34,074 bases of DNA from Octopus bimaculoides (taxonomy: Eukaryota), in the NCBI RefSeq assembly GCF_001194135.2, contig NC_068981.1:34836312-34870385 (forward strand), written 5' to 3'. A program made the position numbers and the translations under genes. The notes under the pieces were generated by a model. The model had not been told where the DNA came from and did no database searches. It saw only the letters and a list, made by a program, of their open reading frames with translations. Positions within the stretch are counted from its first letter, which is position 1, and each line of letters begins with the position of its first letter. Shown piece by piece: positions 20,370 to 34,074 of the stretch.

Positions 20370-20725
20370 TTTAGCCAATCAACAGACAGCATGGCATTAG
20401 CATCTTGTTACCGTGACAACCGCAAGCTGTGTTGTGGTTCACTGGTGTCTGTGCCGCTGTTGTTTATGTTGATTTTTCACACTTGATTTTTCATACAAAA
20501 AAATTCTTTTCACCTGCGTGAATGAAAGCACAATACAAGATTCGCAATCGGAGGTCGCCATTTTGAATACTAACCTTTGTTAACTTGACATGGTCAAGAT
20601 GAGCTCTGATTGGCTGTATGAAAATGAGTTCATTACTGAGGTCCGGAACTCTCGTGGGAAAAAAGGATTTCGCGTCCCGCCCAGGTGGGGAACCTATACG
20701 CCAATGAAACCGGGAAACCGGCCCG
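20370..20725. promoter_or_regulatory. Promoter-like motif cluster (NF-Y x3, RFX X-box, YY1, ETS-like, E2F-like, GC box)
   Basis: agCCAATca 20373-81; GTTACCGTGACAAC 20407-20; CGCCATTTT 20556-64; ctgATTGGct 20606-15; CCGGAA 20643-48; TTTCGCG 20668-74; CCCGCC 20676-81; gCCAAT 20700-05. The sequence is non-repetitive and locally CpG-rich. Confidence 0.4.
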
Positions 20726-20830
20726 TATGAGCCAGTCATGGCTCGAGAAGGAACAAGCAACACATGTATGTATATGTATATATGTATATACGTGTATACA
20801 TATATGTATATATGTGTATATATATATACA

Positions 20831-20884
<54 letters not shown>

Positions 20885-21473
20885 CGTGCTTCTGTTTGTA
20901 GTTATTTAAATTCTTCCTCTGAAGAAGGAGCTAGTTTCTAAAAAGATACAAAGCTTCATTGAATGTAGACAACGAAACAATGTCACATTTTAAACTTGGG
21001 AAAAGTCTTGCTTATATTTACTGTTCCACTTACATATTGTATTTGTAATGCACGAGTTAGGTGGCTGATTTCGCATGTATGTATGTATATATATCATAAT
21101 TACGTATAGCAAGGCCCTTTCGATGTTACGATGAGAGCATTCGACAGTGCTCATGTATGGGAGCCTACCGGCTTTATTCTAAATGTGTTATAGTATGAAG
21201 AAAACATTCTTGACGAACCTGCAAAAACCAGGTGAAACTAGAGTTCTTTTTCTACCGGTTCAGGGAGCGTAAGTGTATGTTTATTAACCGTATATATTTC
21301 AAGTCTGAAAATAAGCTGGGATGGTCACGGCTGAAATGTTTAATCAAATGCGCAGGCATGACTGCACAGTTAAAAAGTTGAAAGTTGTTTTTTTATGTTT
21401 ACTACGGATTGCTTCAGGCTAACTTTCTTCCTACACCTTGATCCTTGGATCTTATTTATTTATATATATATGG

Positions 21474-22069
21474 GAATGGCTGTGTGGTAAGCAGCTTGCT
21501 TACCAACCACATGGTCCCGGGTTCAGTCCCACTGCGCGGCACCTTGGGCAAGTGTCTTCTACTATAGCCTCGGGCCGATCAAAGCCTTGTGAGTGGATTT
21601 GGTAGACGGAAACTGAAAGAAGCCCGTCGTATATATGTATATNNNNNNNNNNNNNNNNNNNNNNNNNNNNNNNNNNNNNNNNNNNNNNNNNNNNNNNNNN
21701 NNNNNNNNNNNNNNNNNNNNNNNNNNNNNNNNNNNNNNNNNNNNNNNNNNNNNNNNNNNNNNNNNNNNNNNNNNNNNNNNNNNNNNNNNNNNNNNNNNNN
21801 NNNNNNNNNNNNNNNNNNNNNNNNNNNNNNNNNNNNNNNNNNNNNNNNNNNNNNNNNNNNNNNNNNNNNNNNCCCCCCCCCAACATCGCTTGACAACCGA
21901 TGCTGGTGTGTTTACGTTCCCGTAACTTAGCGGTTCGGCAAAAGTGACCGATAGAATTAGGCTTCCAAAGAATAAGTCCTGGGGTCGATTTGCTCGACTA
22001 AAGGCGGTGCTCCAGCATGGCCGCAGTCAAAATGACTGAAACAAGTAAAAAGAGTTAAAAAAAAAAAAA
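21474..22069 (+). mobile_element. SINE group A, full length, spanning a gap, A-rich tail
   Basis: Head 21474-21642; second half 21872-22054; A-run to 22069. Confidence 0.85.
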
Positions 22070-22412
22070 GTCTATACGTAAATCAGAGCTGACCTGGTGT
22101 TAAATAACGACAACTACTACTACTAATACTAGCTGCTGCTTCTGTTGCTGTATCATAGACCTTTCGTTCTGGAACAGCTGTTTACCTATAGCTGTAGAGC
22201 ACTCGACTTTCTAGGCCACCTCCTTGAAGAATAGTTACACGTCTGTGATGTGGAAAACAAGAACAACAGCAGTGGCAGCCCCAAATAAAAATAGCCTGAC
22301 AGACAGTACAAACCATAGAAGGCTGACGAGGCAAGAAGTAGTTTATATTTCCGCGTTAGGCCACCTCAAGAGGAACAAAAGGCGAATCATCATACTGTAT
22401 AATTCTTGATAT

Positions 22413-22414
<2 letters not shown>

Positions 22415-22483
<69 letters not shown>

Positions 22484-23420
22484 NNNNNNNNNNNNNNNNN
22501 NNNNNNNNNNNNNNNNNNNNNNNNNNNNNNNNNNNNNNNNNNNNNNNNNNNNNNNNNNNNNNNNNNNNNNNNNNNNNNNNNNNNNNNNNNNNNNNNNNNN
22601 NNNNNNNNNNNNNNNNNNNNNNNNNNNNNNNNNNNNNNNNNNNNNNNNNNNNNNNNNNNNNNNNNNNNNNNNNNNNNNNNNNNNNNNNNNNNNNNNNNNN
22701 NNNNNNNNNNNNNNNNNNNNNNNNNNNNNNNNNNNNNNNNNNNNNNNNNNNNNNNNNNNNNNNNNNNNNNNNNNNNNNNNNNNNNNNNNNNNNNNNNNNN
22801 NNNNNNNNNNNNNNNNNNNNNNNNNNNNNNNNNNNNNNNNNNNNNNNNNNNNNNNNNNNNNNNNNNNNNNNNNNNNNNNNNNNNNNNNNNNNNNNNNNNN
22901 NNNNNNNNNNNNNNNNNNNNNNNNNNNNNNNNNNNNNNNNNNNNNNNNNNNNNNNNNNNNNNNNNNNNNNNNNNNNNNNNNNNNNNNNNNNNNNNNNNNN
23001 NNNNNNNNNNNNNNNNAATGTAAAAGGACAGAGAGCGAATGAGAGGGAAGAGAAAGGAAAAGGAAAGAATAAAAATAGAGAAGGGGGTGAGGGGGAAAAA
23101 AAGAAGGACAGGTTGGCGAAATGGTTTGGGCGGTGTTGGGGGGGAGTGGTAATAGCAAAAGAGGTGGTGGGAGGAGAGTGAGAGAAATCGAAAGAGTGAG
23201 GGATTAGATAAGGTCAAAAAAGAGGAAGAAAAGAGGGCAAAGAAGGAAAAAGTACAAAAAAGAAGAAAATGGGTTATGGGGAAAGTTTTGTATGAGTGAA
23301 CAAGGAAAGAAGAAGAAAGAAAATGAGAAGATATTGAGAGAGAAAAAAGAGGGAGAGAACGAAAGCCAGTGAGAAAAAGGAGGGAAAATATAGAAAGAAA
23401 GCAAGAGATGAAGGCAGGAG
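22415..23420. repeat. (TC)n tract, gap, then ~400-bp purine-only-strand low-complexity tract
   Basis: (TC)n at 22415-22483; GA-rich sequence at 23017-23420. Confidence 0.8.
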
Positions 23421-25131
23421 GACGGTAAGACAGTTAGCAGACGATAGACTCATACATTCCTAACAAGGTCGACTCGCTTCTGAAATCTGCTTAAGATTTT
23501 CTACCTAATTGTATCAGTTGTCAAGAGGATAAATATTTATGTGTTTGCATTGAGTCTGAAAATAAATATTCACACAGACACACGAATACAAGCTGGTCCC
23601 AGCTATACAGACCCACAGTCAGATACACACATATATATACACGCGGGAACAAAGACCGTACAATCGTGTAGACATAAATATACCTAATACATTCACAGAC
23701 AGATACAAATATTTAAATACATGCTTGGTTTCAGAAAAATATTATGTAAATAATTGCTGTCAAAACCATACACCTCTTTAATAATAAATAAATATGTTAA
23801 ATCTCATAACATTAAGAATCGTTTTATTTTATTGCTTTTCTTTTTTTCACAAAGAAAAAAAAAACAACAGACTAAAGAGATGATATGAAAACATTTTGTG
23901 TTAATCCTTTTAGCAGTTAAGGCAATGAAAGCTCATTAAAGTGTAAATATTTGATTGACTTTATATAAAACGGCCAACTGTTGCTCGTTAAATAAAACCT
24001 CTTAAGCAATGAACAGAATACAGGAATAACAGAATGACAAACCCTAACCCTACCCTCAAGCCTCTGAACTGGGAATAAACATTTGCGTTCATTTTTTTTT
24101 CCTTCTTCTTTTCATGGTTTAGTCAGAGGAAAAAGAACCGCGCCCATGATTTTTTTAAAGGCTTCCAAGATCTCTGTGTGGAAGTGTGTGGAAGTGTGTG
24201 GAAGTGAGGCAGGAGGGAAGTTATCCTAAGACTGTTGGCACAAGTACTTGCAAGAGAATGGTCTTTGCACAAGTCACCTTAAAGGTCAGGTGATAGTGTT
24301 AAATCTGGGAATCCTTAAAAACAAAAGCCTTCATTCATAACCATTTAATGAAGTATCACAAGAAAGCAAACCCTTTAAAGATGTAAATATTTACCCACCT
24401 TTATTTTAACCAGTTTAGTCATACGGAGGTATAAGAAATGTGGGGTAAACCCGGCAAAATATGAAGCGTTCAAATTTAGGTGCTTTTAAAGTTAGAAATT
24501 GCAAGCCGAGGTCTACGACAAGATTTCGATTCATGTTGAAGCTAAATGATATTTTCTTAAGAAATTACATTTCTCACGAAAATTATCGTCCTATTCTAAT
24601 TATTTTCTTGGGAAATGTAAGGAACCGCGTACAATTTCTCAGCCAAAATATACAGTTTTGGGTCTACCTAAGGAAGAACAAATAAAATTTCCACTCCTGA
24701 AGATACTACCAGGACAATTTTTTAATTAATTTATTTATTTACAAGACTTAAAGAAAAAGGCAGTACCTCAGCCTTTCTTGGGGTCACCGAGATTATTAAG
24801 AGAAAGGAAGGAAGTTATCCAGGAAACTATCCTCTATAACTNNNNNNNNNNNNNNNNNNNNNNNNNNNNNNNNNNNNNNNNNNNNNNNNNNNNNNNNNNN
24901 NNNNNNNNNNNNNNNNNNNNNNNNNNNNNNNNNNNNNNNNNNNNNNNNNNNNNNNNNNNNNNNNNNNNNNNNNNNNNNNNNNNNNNNNNNNNNNNNNNNN
25001 NNNNNNNNNNNNNNNNNNNNNNNNNNNNNNNNNNNNNNNNNNNNNNGATCTCTTTCTCTCCCTCCTTGTTATCCTTTCTCCCTCCCTCCCTCCCCTCCTC
25101 TCTCTTTCTCTCTCTCTCTCATCTACATACT

Positions 25132-25630
25132 ATCGACTCTGGTGTTACTCAATACGTCGGTTTTGTCCCCCATATTTTCTTCCTTCTACGCACCTACGTC
25201 CTACTTGCCGTCATCGCCGATAACGTCCTCGTTTATGCAGGTAATACTATCTTTCATTTCTCCTTATCGTCCCGCACCTAAGAATGATGCACGCACAAAC
25301 TCTATCGAAAACATCTTCCGTTTGGGTTATGTCAATCCTGTTACCTTCAAAAGCACAATGACACAACCACAAAACATTTCAAAACAAAACACATTATGGT
25401 ACCCAGCTTTTCTGAAGTCGCTACAAATGCTAACTGTCACCATCACTGAAGATCTCTCCCGGCAGACGTACATAGTCAGCAAAGCAAATACTGTATCACG
25501 AAGACTGACCCCCATCGCCCGATACAGAATCTACTTCAGACCCCGATAACTATTAACACTACAAAGCTCAGTTGAAATCTACAATGGAGTATTGCTTCCA
25601 TATTTGGGGCGATACTGTTACTGTACATAA
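25132..25630 (+). mobile_element. CR1/L2-like LINE RT-thumb fragment, decayed
   Basis: IDSGVTQ..VPHIFF (cf. SGVPQGSVLGP), VYAGNTIFH (cf. YADDTTL), NPVTFKSTMTQ, LTVTITEDLS...KANTVSRRL, and after a frameshift KAQLKSTMEYCFHIWG (cf. YKAQxRPxMEYxSHIW). Confidence 0.7.
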
Positions 25631-25898
25631 TTATACCCAAGACCAATGGTCCATATAATATTTTGTTGTTCACTATAAGGAAAGTTTGAAATGTAGTCAC
25701 AAAATTTGTCTTAAGTTTTGTTTCTGCCTTTTGTGGGATTATAATTGCTTTTGTTACGGACCATTGATTCGTCGTTATTAACTTCTGTGTCAAGACTGGT
25801 GTCGTGGATTCTGTTGCCCTGGCCTAAAAAATGATTTCTGGGGGTTCTTCTGTCTGCGGTATTTTGGTGTGTGTTAGTCTTTCCCCATTGATGTGTTG

Positions 25899-25985
25899 CC
25901 TACTAAAGGGGTTTTGGTTATTCCGGGGTCTGGGTTGCTGGTGTGGCCTACTAGAGGAGTTTTGGTTATTCCGGGGTCTGGGTTG
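25899..25985. repeat. 48-bp-period tandem duplication
   Basis: cctactaaaggggttttggttattccggggtctgggttg at 25899 and cctactagaggagttttggttattccggggtctgggttg at 25947. Confidence 0.85.
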
Positions 25986-26170
25986 TTCGTACTGGGTGTA
26001 ATTTTGGTTCCTTAGAGTGGGTTGGAACCTAAAATCGTGGTTTAGAGGTGAATTCCTATGTGATGGGTGGAATCTCCTATTTGGGAACGGTTCTTGTGTG
26101 GGCTGGGATCTACAATATCTGGTAAAGTTTTGTCTTGGATTAGTGGGTACCTGGTTCTTTTGATAGGGTT

Positions 26171-26294
26171 GGGACTACAAGAATTCTTCGCAGGGTTCTT
26201 GAAGCATAACCTGTAAACAAATGTCGCGTTAGTCTGCTGTCTGTGGACAGCTGACACTTTCCATCATACCCAGCAAAATAAGCTGTGAGTTTTC

Positions 26295-26297
<3 letters not shown>
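26171..26297 (+). mobile_element. Extremely 5'-truncated R4/Dong-like 3' end
   Basis: 26171-26209 translates GTTRILRRVLEA* (cf. the R4/Dong LGTARILRKVL terminus). An ~88-nt UTR then runs into (TAA)n. Confidence 0.6.
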
Positions 26298-26298
<1 letters not shown>

Positions 26299-26348
<50 letters not shown>

Positions 26349-26352
26349 TAAT
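26299..26352 (+). repeat. (AAT)16 GAT AAT microsatellite between two Dong relics
   Basis: Direct reading. Confidence 0.95.
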
Positions 26353-28933
<2,581 letters not shown>

Positions 28934-29666
28934 GTGTAATGGATTTTTGCATTCAACTGAATGGTTACTGACGCAAGATGGAAATTGTAAGGTGAGTAAT
29001 GTGTAACTGACTGTTACTATAATTAAACGCTGTTGTTTGTTACCTGATCTCCACAAATAGTTCGGGATTAAAGAAAGTTGTAGGTGAAAAAAAAGAAAAA
29101 GGAAGTTTTCTAGATTTCTTGCCAGACGCATCACTGGAATATACTGATATGGCTAACTAGGACGATAGCACTTAAATGAATACATTTGGGATGGGAATGT
29201 ATTCAAAAATAAAAGAGAGGAACTTAAATGCGTAAGATTAACTAAAAATGCTACTGATAATTATTTGCTTTGGAAGTTTAACAATTGGGTATTTCAGGTT
29301 TACCCGTCAAAATTTTTTTTTTTTTAATGGATTCTAAAAATAGTAACGACCATGTCAATCACTTTCTGTATTCATACGAATTGGGAACACTTCCTACTCG
29401 AACACTGTCACTAATAATTAAAGGATTTCCATTGTTACAAAACTATCTAAGAAGACTATTGCTCGGCATAACATAAACAGCAGCTAAATCTTCCTGAAAT
29501 TACTATCTGCTAATTATATGGTTGTTCTGTCCCCAACAAATAGCAGCATAGGTTGAGAAGATTGTTTATAATATGTTTTCCTCAAATAATATTTTGTGGC
29601 AGCGAATTGGCTAAAATACATCTCTTGTGAGAGGATATAGATGACAAAAACTGAAAGAAGCCCGTC

Positions 29667-29730
<64 letters not shown>

Positions 29731-29782
29731 ATACACACACATATATATATATATACACATATACATACATATATATATATAT

Positions 29783-29996
29783 TAGATGTAACCGCGTGTG
29801 TATCGTTGGCGATTATCTTTTTCTGTCTTCCCTTCTTTGGACTTTTTCTGTATTTCTGATGAAGAGCTCCGCTCGAAACGTGAAATCCTCTTTCTTTTCT
29901 TTCCTTTCCTGAGCGTCCAATAACACTGTACTTATTCCACGTCCTCGCGTTGTTGTTTTTTCTTGTTTTCTCTTGCTTGTTCATATTTGAATTGAC
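29783..29996 (+). mobile_element. Probable Penelope-type pLTR / solo repeat in (TA)n
   Basis: About 215 bp of pyrimidine-rich sequence flanked by (TA)n on both sides and containing a minimal hammerhead. The family is inferred from the known PLE-hammerhead association. Confidence 0.5.
29852..29886 (+). ncRNA. Minimal type I hammerhead motif (N17 = G, predicted non-cleaving copy)
   Basis: AUUU-CUGAUGA-A-GAGC-UCC-GCUC-GAAA-CG-U-G-AAAU: stem I 4 bp, stem II 4 bp, palindromic ACGU in place of stem III. Confidence 0.7.
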
Positions 29997-30086
<90 letters not shown>

Positions 30087-30330
30087 CTAACAGTTGAGAT
30101 GGTTCGCAATGATATTCGCAAAAATATACAAATGTTAAACAAATATAAAACTAAAAAATTACCAAGCTTGTGGCTATTTCCTTTTAAAAAATATGCCCCT
30201 ACGTGAAATGTCTGCCGCCTAGCTCGAAAAGTGTAGCCTACAAGCTAGCGCGCGCACACACACACACACACACACATCTACATATATGAGGGCTACAACA
30301 CGATTTCGAGTAATGAATGACAACATTTGA

Positions 30331-30823
30331 TTGTTCATTAGGCTCAATTCAGATGGCTATGTGAAGCTGCTGGGAACTGTGGTCAAGCTCTGGCTCAAAA
30401 GGGTTGCTGCTGGAAGGTCATAAGTGTGGCAGCAGGATTCAGCTCCTTGCCATATCTCCAGAAAGAGTCAGAAGTATTTATCGGGGAATTTCTACGATTT
30501 CACCAGTCCCGTTTCTTGGCCTACTGGCTCCCACGATTGTAATCCCATAGGTTACTATGGGGATGCAGTTGAGAAAGACACTAACCGCTCTGCCTGCCGA
30601 ACTGGTGGCAGAGATCAAAGAGGTGTTCGAAGATCTTCCCAGGATGCGCCAGGTTTCGGGGCGCTCTTGAAGCCGTGTTGGAAGCTGGGAGCGCCTACTT
30701 TGAGTAAATTGTTACCTCCCAGACATAATCTAGCTGATGTTCTGATTCTTTAAAAGTATTTTTACTTTTGCATGTGTTTCTTCGTTTTATGCAAACTGTC
30801 AAGTTTAACCGGAACACCCTTTA
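30331..30823 (+). mobile_element. maT/DD37D (Tc1/mariner superfamily) transposase C-terminal relic with right TIR
   Basis: RLNSDGYVKLL...WQQDSAPCH-...-WPTGSHDCNPI(G)YY...VEKDTNR. There are 37 residues between D (30436) and the position of the third D, now G (30550). The element ends aaccggaacaccct-t-TA. Confidence 0.8.
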
Positions 30824-30942
30824 TAAGCATGTTTTTGTTATTGATAGATGGGCAAACATCACTTCAAACCTCTATCTGGAGTTTGGGTGTTGCTTGGAAC
30901 GGATTACTTATTTCTGTTTTCCAACTACTCATGTAACGAACA

Positions 30943-31328
30943 GTGGAGGCGCAATGGCCCAGTGGTTAGGGCAGCGGACTCACGGTCATAGGATCGCGGT
31001 TTCGATTCCCAGACTGGGCGTTGTGAGTGTTTATTGAGCGAAAACACCTAAAGCTCCACGAGGCTCCGGCAGGGGATGCTGGCGAACCCTGCTGTACTCT
31101 TCCACCACAACTTTCTCTCACTCTTTCTTCCTGTTTCTGTTGTGCCTGTAATTCAAAGGGTCAGCCTTGTCACACTGTGTCACGCTGAATATCCCCGAGA
31201 ACTACGTTAAGGGTACACGTGTCTGTGGAGTGCTCAGCCACTTGCACGTTAATTTCACGAGCAGGCTGTTCTGTTGATCTGATCAACTGGAACTCTCGAC
31301 GTCGTAAGCGACGGAGTGCCAACAACAA
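30943..31328 (+). mobile_element. Full-length SINE group C variant (different head) with 13-bp TSD and (CAA)n tail
   Basis: A-box tggcccagtggttaggg and B-box ggtttcgattcc. TSD catgtaacgaaca at 30930-42 and 31329-41. The 3' domain is shared with the 7796 copy. Confidence 0.9.
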
Positions 31329-31921
31329 CATGTAACGAACAACTTGGCCAACGAACAGGGCTCCGGAAACTATTCTGTTCGTATATTGAGACCCCCATTG
31401 TATTAAGAAGATGTATTGTGCAGACAGTACCACTAAGACAGTTATTGAACATTATATATATAAACAAACAATGCTATTCCGATCCATTATACACAGACAT
31501 TGTTACTTAATCTTATGATGGCATACAATTAAATGGCATATAATTTAAGCTTACACTTAAGCATTATTTGAGTGTTAAATTATTGTATCTATGCTACATG
31601 CTTGATTTATTATTAAATTGATTTTGTCGACATTTCACTCTTAACCACTTTACAAGCTACCCCCACTCCTTACTAGTGTTAACCACTTAACTACTAACTT
31701 ACCAACCTACATATCTGCTATGTAATTCCATATCTAAATTATATTGAAACATTTCATCTGCGTATCGATTTACTAAAAATATGCTGTGGCGCACACATAC
31801 ACATATACATACACGAACGCACACACGAACGCACACACGCACTTATATGTGTGTTTGTGTATGTATGTATGTATGTATGTATGTATGTATGTATGTATGT
31901 ATGTGTATATGTATGTGTATA

Positions 31922-31972
<51 letters not shown>

Positions 31973-32046
31973 TATANNNNNNNNNNCACACACACATATA
32001 CATATATAAATACATATATAAATGCATATATGAATACATATATGAA

Positions 32047-32087
<41 letters not shown>

Positions 32088-32861
32088 ATGTGTATATATA
32101 TATATGTGTATAAGATATAAGTATATCTATATCTATTTCTCTCTATATATATGTGCGTGTGTGTGTGTGTATGTATATGTATGTGTATGTATTTGTAAAT
32201 ATAGACACACACACACATGTATATTAAATTATGACAAAGACGTGTAATCAAGCATACATACATACATACATACATACATTTATCTGTGTGGAGGTTCACG
32301 CGTGTAAATGTACATCAATATTTGAATGAGTATATACACACGTGTATATATGTGTGTATGTGTGTATACATTTGAATGTTTGCTACGTATGTATTAGTGT
32401 CTGTAAACGTACGCCTTTTCTTTTTTTATAGTGCATTTTCGTTCTTTTCATAAAATATTGTTAGCTACATTATAAACATCAATCAGTTGGTTTATCCGTC
32501 AAGTCTGAACGTAAAATAACGCCTGAAGAGAGAACGGAAATAAGAAATGATAATAAAAGTAATAATAATAATACTATAAGAGTATAAAATGGAACTAAAT
32601 AAATCGAAGTAAATATAATTCTGCGAGGGATGTTTTACGTAAAGATTAAAAATAGTCAGCGGAAATCTGGAATTCCATCACATTATTGAAAGCAGCCAGA
32701 GATAGTTCGGTTAAACGATTCTAATGATTAAACTACATTATTATTCAAACGATTCGCAGAAATGGCACAGGAGGAAAACCCCTTACAGTTAGTAGGTGGA
32801 TGGAAGAATGTGCGCGCGCGCACATGTATATACGTATTTGTGTGTGTGTGTGTATAGATAT

Positions 32862-33066
32862 ATTCTTTTACTTGTTTCAGTCATTTGTCTGCTGCCATGC
32901 TGGAGCACCGCTTTGAAGGGTTTTAGACAAACAAATCGACCCTCATGACTAATTCATTTACGCGTAGTACTCATTCTATCGGTCTTTTTTGCCGAACTGC
33001 TAAGTTACAGGGACGTAAACATACCAACACCGGTTGTTAAATGGTGATGGAGGGGTGGTGAACAAA
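32862..33066 (-). mobile_element. SINE group A-like 3' half
   Basis: cttgtttcagtcatttg...ccatgctggagcaccgc...gccgaactgctaagttacagggacgtaaac. Confidence 0.75.
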
Positions 33067-33254
33067 CTCAAACACAAAGATATACACATAGAGAGCAGCT
33101 GCATCAAACTCTCTCATGCACCAAATGTCAATTCCTGAAATAAAATTCGTGAAGTAAAATTGTGTAGCAACACCAAATGGCGGTGCCCCAGCATGGCCAC
33201 AGCTCATGAGCTGAAACTAGATAAAATGAAAAATGAAAAATAGATATATATACG

Positions 33255-33562
33255 AATCACATGGTTCCGGGTTCAGTCCCACTGCGTGGCACCTTGGGCA
33301 AGTGTCTTCTACTATACTCTCGAGCCGACCAAAGCTTTGTGAGTGGATTTGGTAGACGGAAACTGGTGTTTGTCCCCCCCAACATCGCTTGATAACCGAT
33401 GCTGGTATGTTTACGTCCCCGTAACCTAGCGGTTCGGCAAAAGAGTCCGATAGAATAAGTACTAGGCTTACAAAGAATAAGTCCTGGGGTTGATTTGTTC
33501 GACAAAAGCAGTGCTCCAGCATGGCCGCGGTCAAATGACTGAAACAAGTAAAAGAATAAAAG
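33255..33562 (+). mobile_element. SINE group A with internal deletion of the microsatellite linker
   Basis: gacggaaactg is joined directly to gtgtttgtcccccc. Confidence 0.85.
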
Positions 33563-33667
33563 TATATACATATGTATATATACACACACACACACACACA
33601 AACTCACACACACTCACTCACACACACACATACGCACGCACACACACACACACACACACATACACAC

Positions 33668-33710
<43 letters not shown>

Positions 33711-33915
33711 CATATATAGAGGTTATGAGAGGTAATGGTGTCAGTAAGTCTAAAAGTTGTCAGATAAGTGCTGAGTAAGTGCTATGGACAGACCATAGTT
33801 AAGCTCCGGGTTCGGTGATTATGTGAATAAGGAGTCCAACGTAGGTCATATATCAGCATGTGTATATATATAAAAAAAATTTTTGAGAATGAGATAAAAA
33901 TCAAGGCTATATAAA

Positions 33916-34074
33916 TAGGCGCAGGAGTGGCTGTGTGGTAAGCAGCTTGCTACCAACCACATAGTTCCGGGTTCATTCCCCCTGCGTGGCACCTAGGGCA
34001 AGTGTCTTCTACTGTAGCCTCGGGCTGACCAAAGCCTTGTGAGTGGATTTGGTAGACGGAAACTGAAAGAAGCC
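33916..34074 (+). mobile_element. SINE group A 5' half (cut by window end)
   Basis: taggcgcaggagtggctgtgtggtaagc...ggaaactgaaagaagcc. Confidence 0.9.

Noticed and set aside
20915-20945. CUGAAGA-A-GGAG...UUCU-AAAA as a hammerhead
   Set aside because: G12 is missing, stem II is mostly wobble pairs, and there is no stem III or stem I.
24039-24056. Interstitial telomeric (CCCTAA) repeat
   Set aside because: Only about two imperfect units, as expected by chance or as part of a small repeat.
24175-24204. (TGTGTGGAAG)3 as a regulatory array
   Set aside because: Simple short slippage repeat with no supporting context.

Overview
This is an AT-rich, gap-ridden animal genomic window with no confidently identifiable host protein-coding exon. 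The repeat families and microsatellite load match what I recall of octopus genomes; the taxon is inferred and was not checked. N-gaps lie at about 2574-2682, 11163-11331, 14426-14826, 17039-17529, 19450-19857, 21643-21871, 22484-23016, 24842-25046 and 31978-31985. Most ORFs in the supplied track are microsatellite or N-gap artefacts. The explainable content is a nested mobilome. It holds more than 20 copies or fragments of three tRNA-derived SINE groups (labels A, B, C are my own) and three R4/Dong-clade RLE non-LTR relics sitting in (TAA)n or (TACA)n. It also holds one HERO/NeSL-like 3' end, two RTE relics, a CR1/L2-like RT fragment, a DD37D (maT) transposase relic, hAT-like MITEs and Helitron-like termini. 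Beyond the routine repeats I see a canonical hammerhead ribozyme core (394-501, minus), a minimal Penelope-type hammerhead (29852-29886) and a permuted hammerhead-like motif in three dispersed copies. Other notable items are a 124-bp perfect palindrome, an old 24-bp minisatellite at two loci, and a promoter-like motif cluster at about 20.4-20.7 kb. All calls are by eye; no searches or folding programs were run.
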